A stretch of 42,348 nt of DNA, taken from assembly GCA_964622145.1 (NCBI GenBank), contig CAZUOK010000001.1:1-42348 (forward strand). The letters run 5' to 3'. Positions within the stretch are counted from its first letter, which is position 1. Each line of letters opens with the position of its first letter. The DNA comes from Candidatus Woesearchaeota archaeon (GTDB lineage: Archaea > Nanobdellota > Nanobdellia > CAYMVK01 > CAYYFB01). Shown here piece by piece: positions 29,701-32,700 of the stretch. The notes under the pieces are model-generated. The model did not search any database. It saw nothing but the letters and a program-made list of their open reading frames with translations, and had not been told where the DNA came from. Position numbers and translations under genes: made by a program.

Positions 29701-32700
29701 ATAGATTACAATTGGACTTACATAAACATAACAACGGATGAGGATGCTAGCATCGCAATACTGGAATTCGATTTCAACAACGGTACGGTTTTGAACTTTA
29801 CCATGAATCAGAACAATCCAAGGAATTGGTGGTACAATGTTACGGATCTCCAGGATGGGACGTACTATTATAGAGTCCATGCGAACGATACCTTCGGCAA
29901 CTGGAATACAACAGCATGGAGAACTGTCAGGATCTCTGTTGGGGCTCCAGCAATAAACATAATATCTCCAGAGAACAAGACATACAAGGATTCTAACTAC
30001 ATCCAGCTGAACGTTACTGTGAACAAAGAGGTTTCTGCTTGGTGGTATTCAATAAACAACGGTAGGAATATCACCTTCACTCCAAACATATCCATAGCCG
30101 CAAGGATTGGATCAAATGTTGTAAGGGTCTATGCGAACGACTCTGCTGGGAATGTTGGATACTCTGAGGTTTGGTTTACTGTTGACACAACCTTCTGGGA
30201 GGACAAGTTCGATCACTACAGTGGTCTTGAAATCTGGGAAAATATAACAATAGAAAATGGGAGTGCAAAGATAAGATTCTGTTATCCAGTATTTGAGCCT
30301 GATTGCTGGAAATATAGGGTAAGAATAAATGTATCAAATCCAGACACCCAAGACCACACAGATGTCCAGCTGAATCTTACTGTGGATACACAATCCCTTA
30401 TATCTGAAGGGAAGATGAATGGGAACTGTTCTGACATAAGGTTCACTTACTACAATCAGACCAGTGGGGAAGAGTACGAAATACCTTACTACATAGAATC
30501 GGGATGTAACACAACAAGCACGATAATCTGGGTAAAGGTTCCCTTCGTCCCCGCGGGAGGCAGTTCCATTATATACATGTACTACGGAAACCCTGGAGCT
30601 CAAGGAAGGTCAAATATCTCAGAGGTATTCAATTATTACAACAATATCGGACAGTGTAATGGCTCGGTGGCTGGGGGAAGCTGTTCAGTAATATTTGATG
30701 CCCCAGCTGGGGAAGTATTCTACGAGGCAAATCTCACTATGAGGATGGCTGGAGACTTCGGATATGGAGGATCATTCTCATCAGATGCTGTTTGTGATGA
30801 GAATTATGAGAGGGCAAATCTTATTGTTGACGGATCGGTAATAGGTTGTTATTCCACAGGCATTGATGGTTGTACACTGAACGAGCCTCCGGGGATGCCA
30901 GTAAGCATAGATGTCAGGAACAAGGGATCCGTAAATGTTACAGGAGATTCCACGGATGTTGTAAATCTTGATCCAAACAATTGTGGATTCTACTATAAGT
31001 TCGAGTTTGAAATAAGTGGATACACGAGGAAGAATGCTACCCTAGAGTACTCTGTTGGAACTGAAGAAGTTGCAATAAGGAATGCAAAGATTAGGAGCAT
31101 AGCAATAAAACCAAGGAAGGTTGCAAGATGGTTGAAGTTTTATGGTGTACACAGCATACCAACGGGGACAGGAATTGAGTACAGGATCCTTGACAGCAAC
31201 AACAACACCCTCCTTGTCTGCAATTCTGAGACAGCACAGACTGGTTGTGATCTCTCAGGTATTAATGCAAAAGAAATAAAATTAGAAGCAGTATTGACAA
31301 CAAACTCAGAGGCTACTCCAGAACTCATGTACTGGAATGTATCCTGGACACCAAACTCAAGTGTTGCGATAAACGTCATAAATGAGACCTCTGGAACCAT
31401 ATCGAACGCTCTTATAAGAATTCTAAGAAATGGAACAGTATTGGCTGAAGGTTATGGAAGTGTTGTTGTAGATGTTGAGATATACGAAAACTACACAGTA
31501 GAAACAATTACAGGAACATCTTATGGAGATCTCCTGCTAAGACTCTTTGAGCTCAATGTTACAAAGGATACAATAGAAATAAAGGAACAAATTGTTGAGA
31601 ACTACACAGGAAACCTCCCACAAAACATCTGGAAGGTCACTCCAGTTGTTGCTCTGAACGACACAGACTTGAATTACTCCAAGGCGACGCTTGTGATACC
31701 GAAGGGAGATGTCCAAAGCATTGATTATATATTACACTGTACGGACTGGAACTACACCTCAGCAACATGTAACAACTGGGTTACATCAGATCCAAACAGT
31801 TACGAGGGATTTGGTGAAAACTCAACACACTTCTGGTTCAACGTGACAGGATTCCAGGCATACGCTGGAGGGACTGTAGGATATGATGTACAAGTGAATG
31901 AAATAACATTTAACAAAACAAAGCCTGTTGAAAATGAAACCGTGCTTGTAACAGCAAATGTGAGTAATGAGGGAAGTTCTGATCTCACAAATGTTACCAT
32001 AAGGCTTGAGATATATCTATGGAATGAAACTTCAGGAAGCTGGATACTGGATGAGAGCTATGAGAAGAACGTCTCAATACCCGTAGGAAACTACACACTC
32101 GTAAACTTTACTTGGACGGCAAAGATAGGTACCTACAATTTCACAGTAATTGCAGATCCCTACGATCAGATTGATGAGGTAAACGAGAGCAACAATGCAA
32201 ACTGGAGCGAGCTAAATGTTTCCGCATGGACAATATACTATGGACACGTGAATGGTTGGATAGTTATAGGAGGAAACAACGGAGAAAACTTTACGGTTTG
32301 GATACCTTATATGATAGAGGGAAATCTTTACTTTGCAGATCAAGACTCAAGCTTTGAATTTGAGAATCTCATGCCATTAAATGGAACAAACGATCTTGAA
32401 GAGCTGGATGAAGCGCTTAACATGAGCATATACAAAGATTCTGTATCAAACGTTTATGATAAGGATGGGGATGGTGTACCAGACCACACGGATTGTTTCA
32501 GCATAGGTAACAGGCTCCTATGCGATGTGCCAGTAGTAAATTCAACCGAAGAAAACAACGGAAACTTTGTTACAGGGATACTTTGGGATTCAGGAGATGG
32601 AGGAACAGAGTACAATGGAACACAAGATGTTGTTTTTATAACGAAGGTAAACTATAACAAAACAGGAAGTTTTGGAAGATACGACTACGAGGTAAGAATA

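Noticed and set aside
27544-30183. The possibility that the regular ~264-nt periodic repeats are a CRISPR-like or other non-coding array.
   Set aside because: The units are far longer than CRISPR repeats and have no repeat-spacer structure. The whole array is in frame within the giant ORF and encodes Ig-like domains.
11821-32000. About 45 minus-strand and off-frame ORFs of 60-160 codons inside the giant gene (for example 23834..24322, 16616..17029, 26191..26592, 12801..13193).
   Set aside because: All are embedded in a 21-kb ORF with strong, repeated domain signal in the + frame. Their translations are low-complexity (S/L/P/C/R-rich) with no recognisable motifs or start context. They are expected by chance in the antisense of a long AT-rich ORF.
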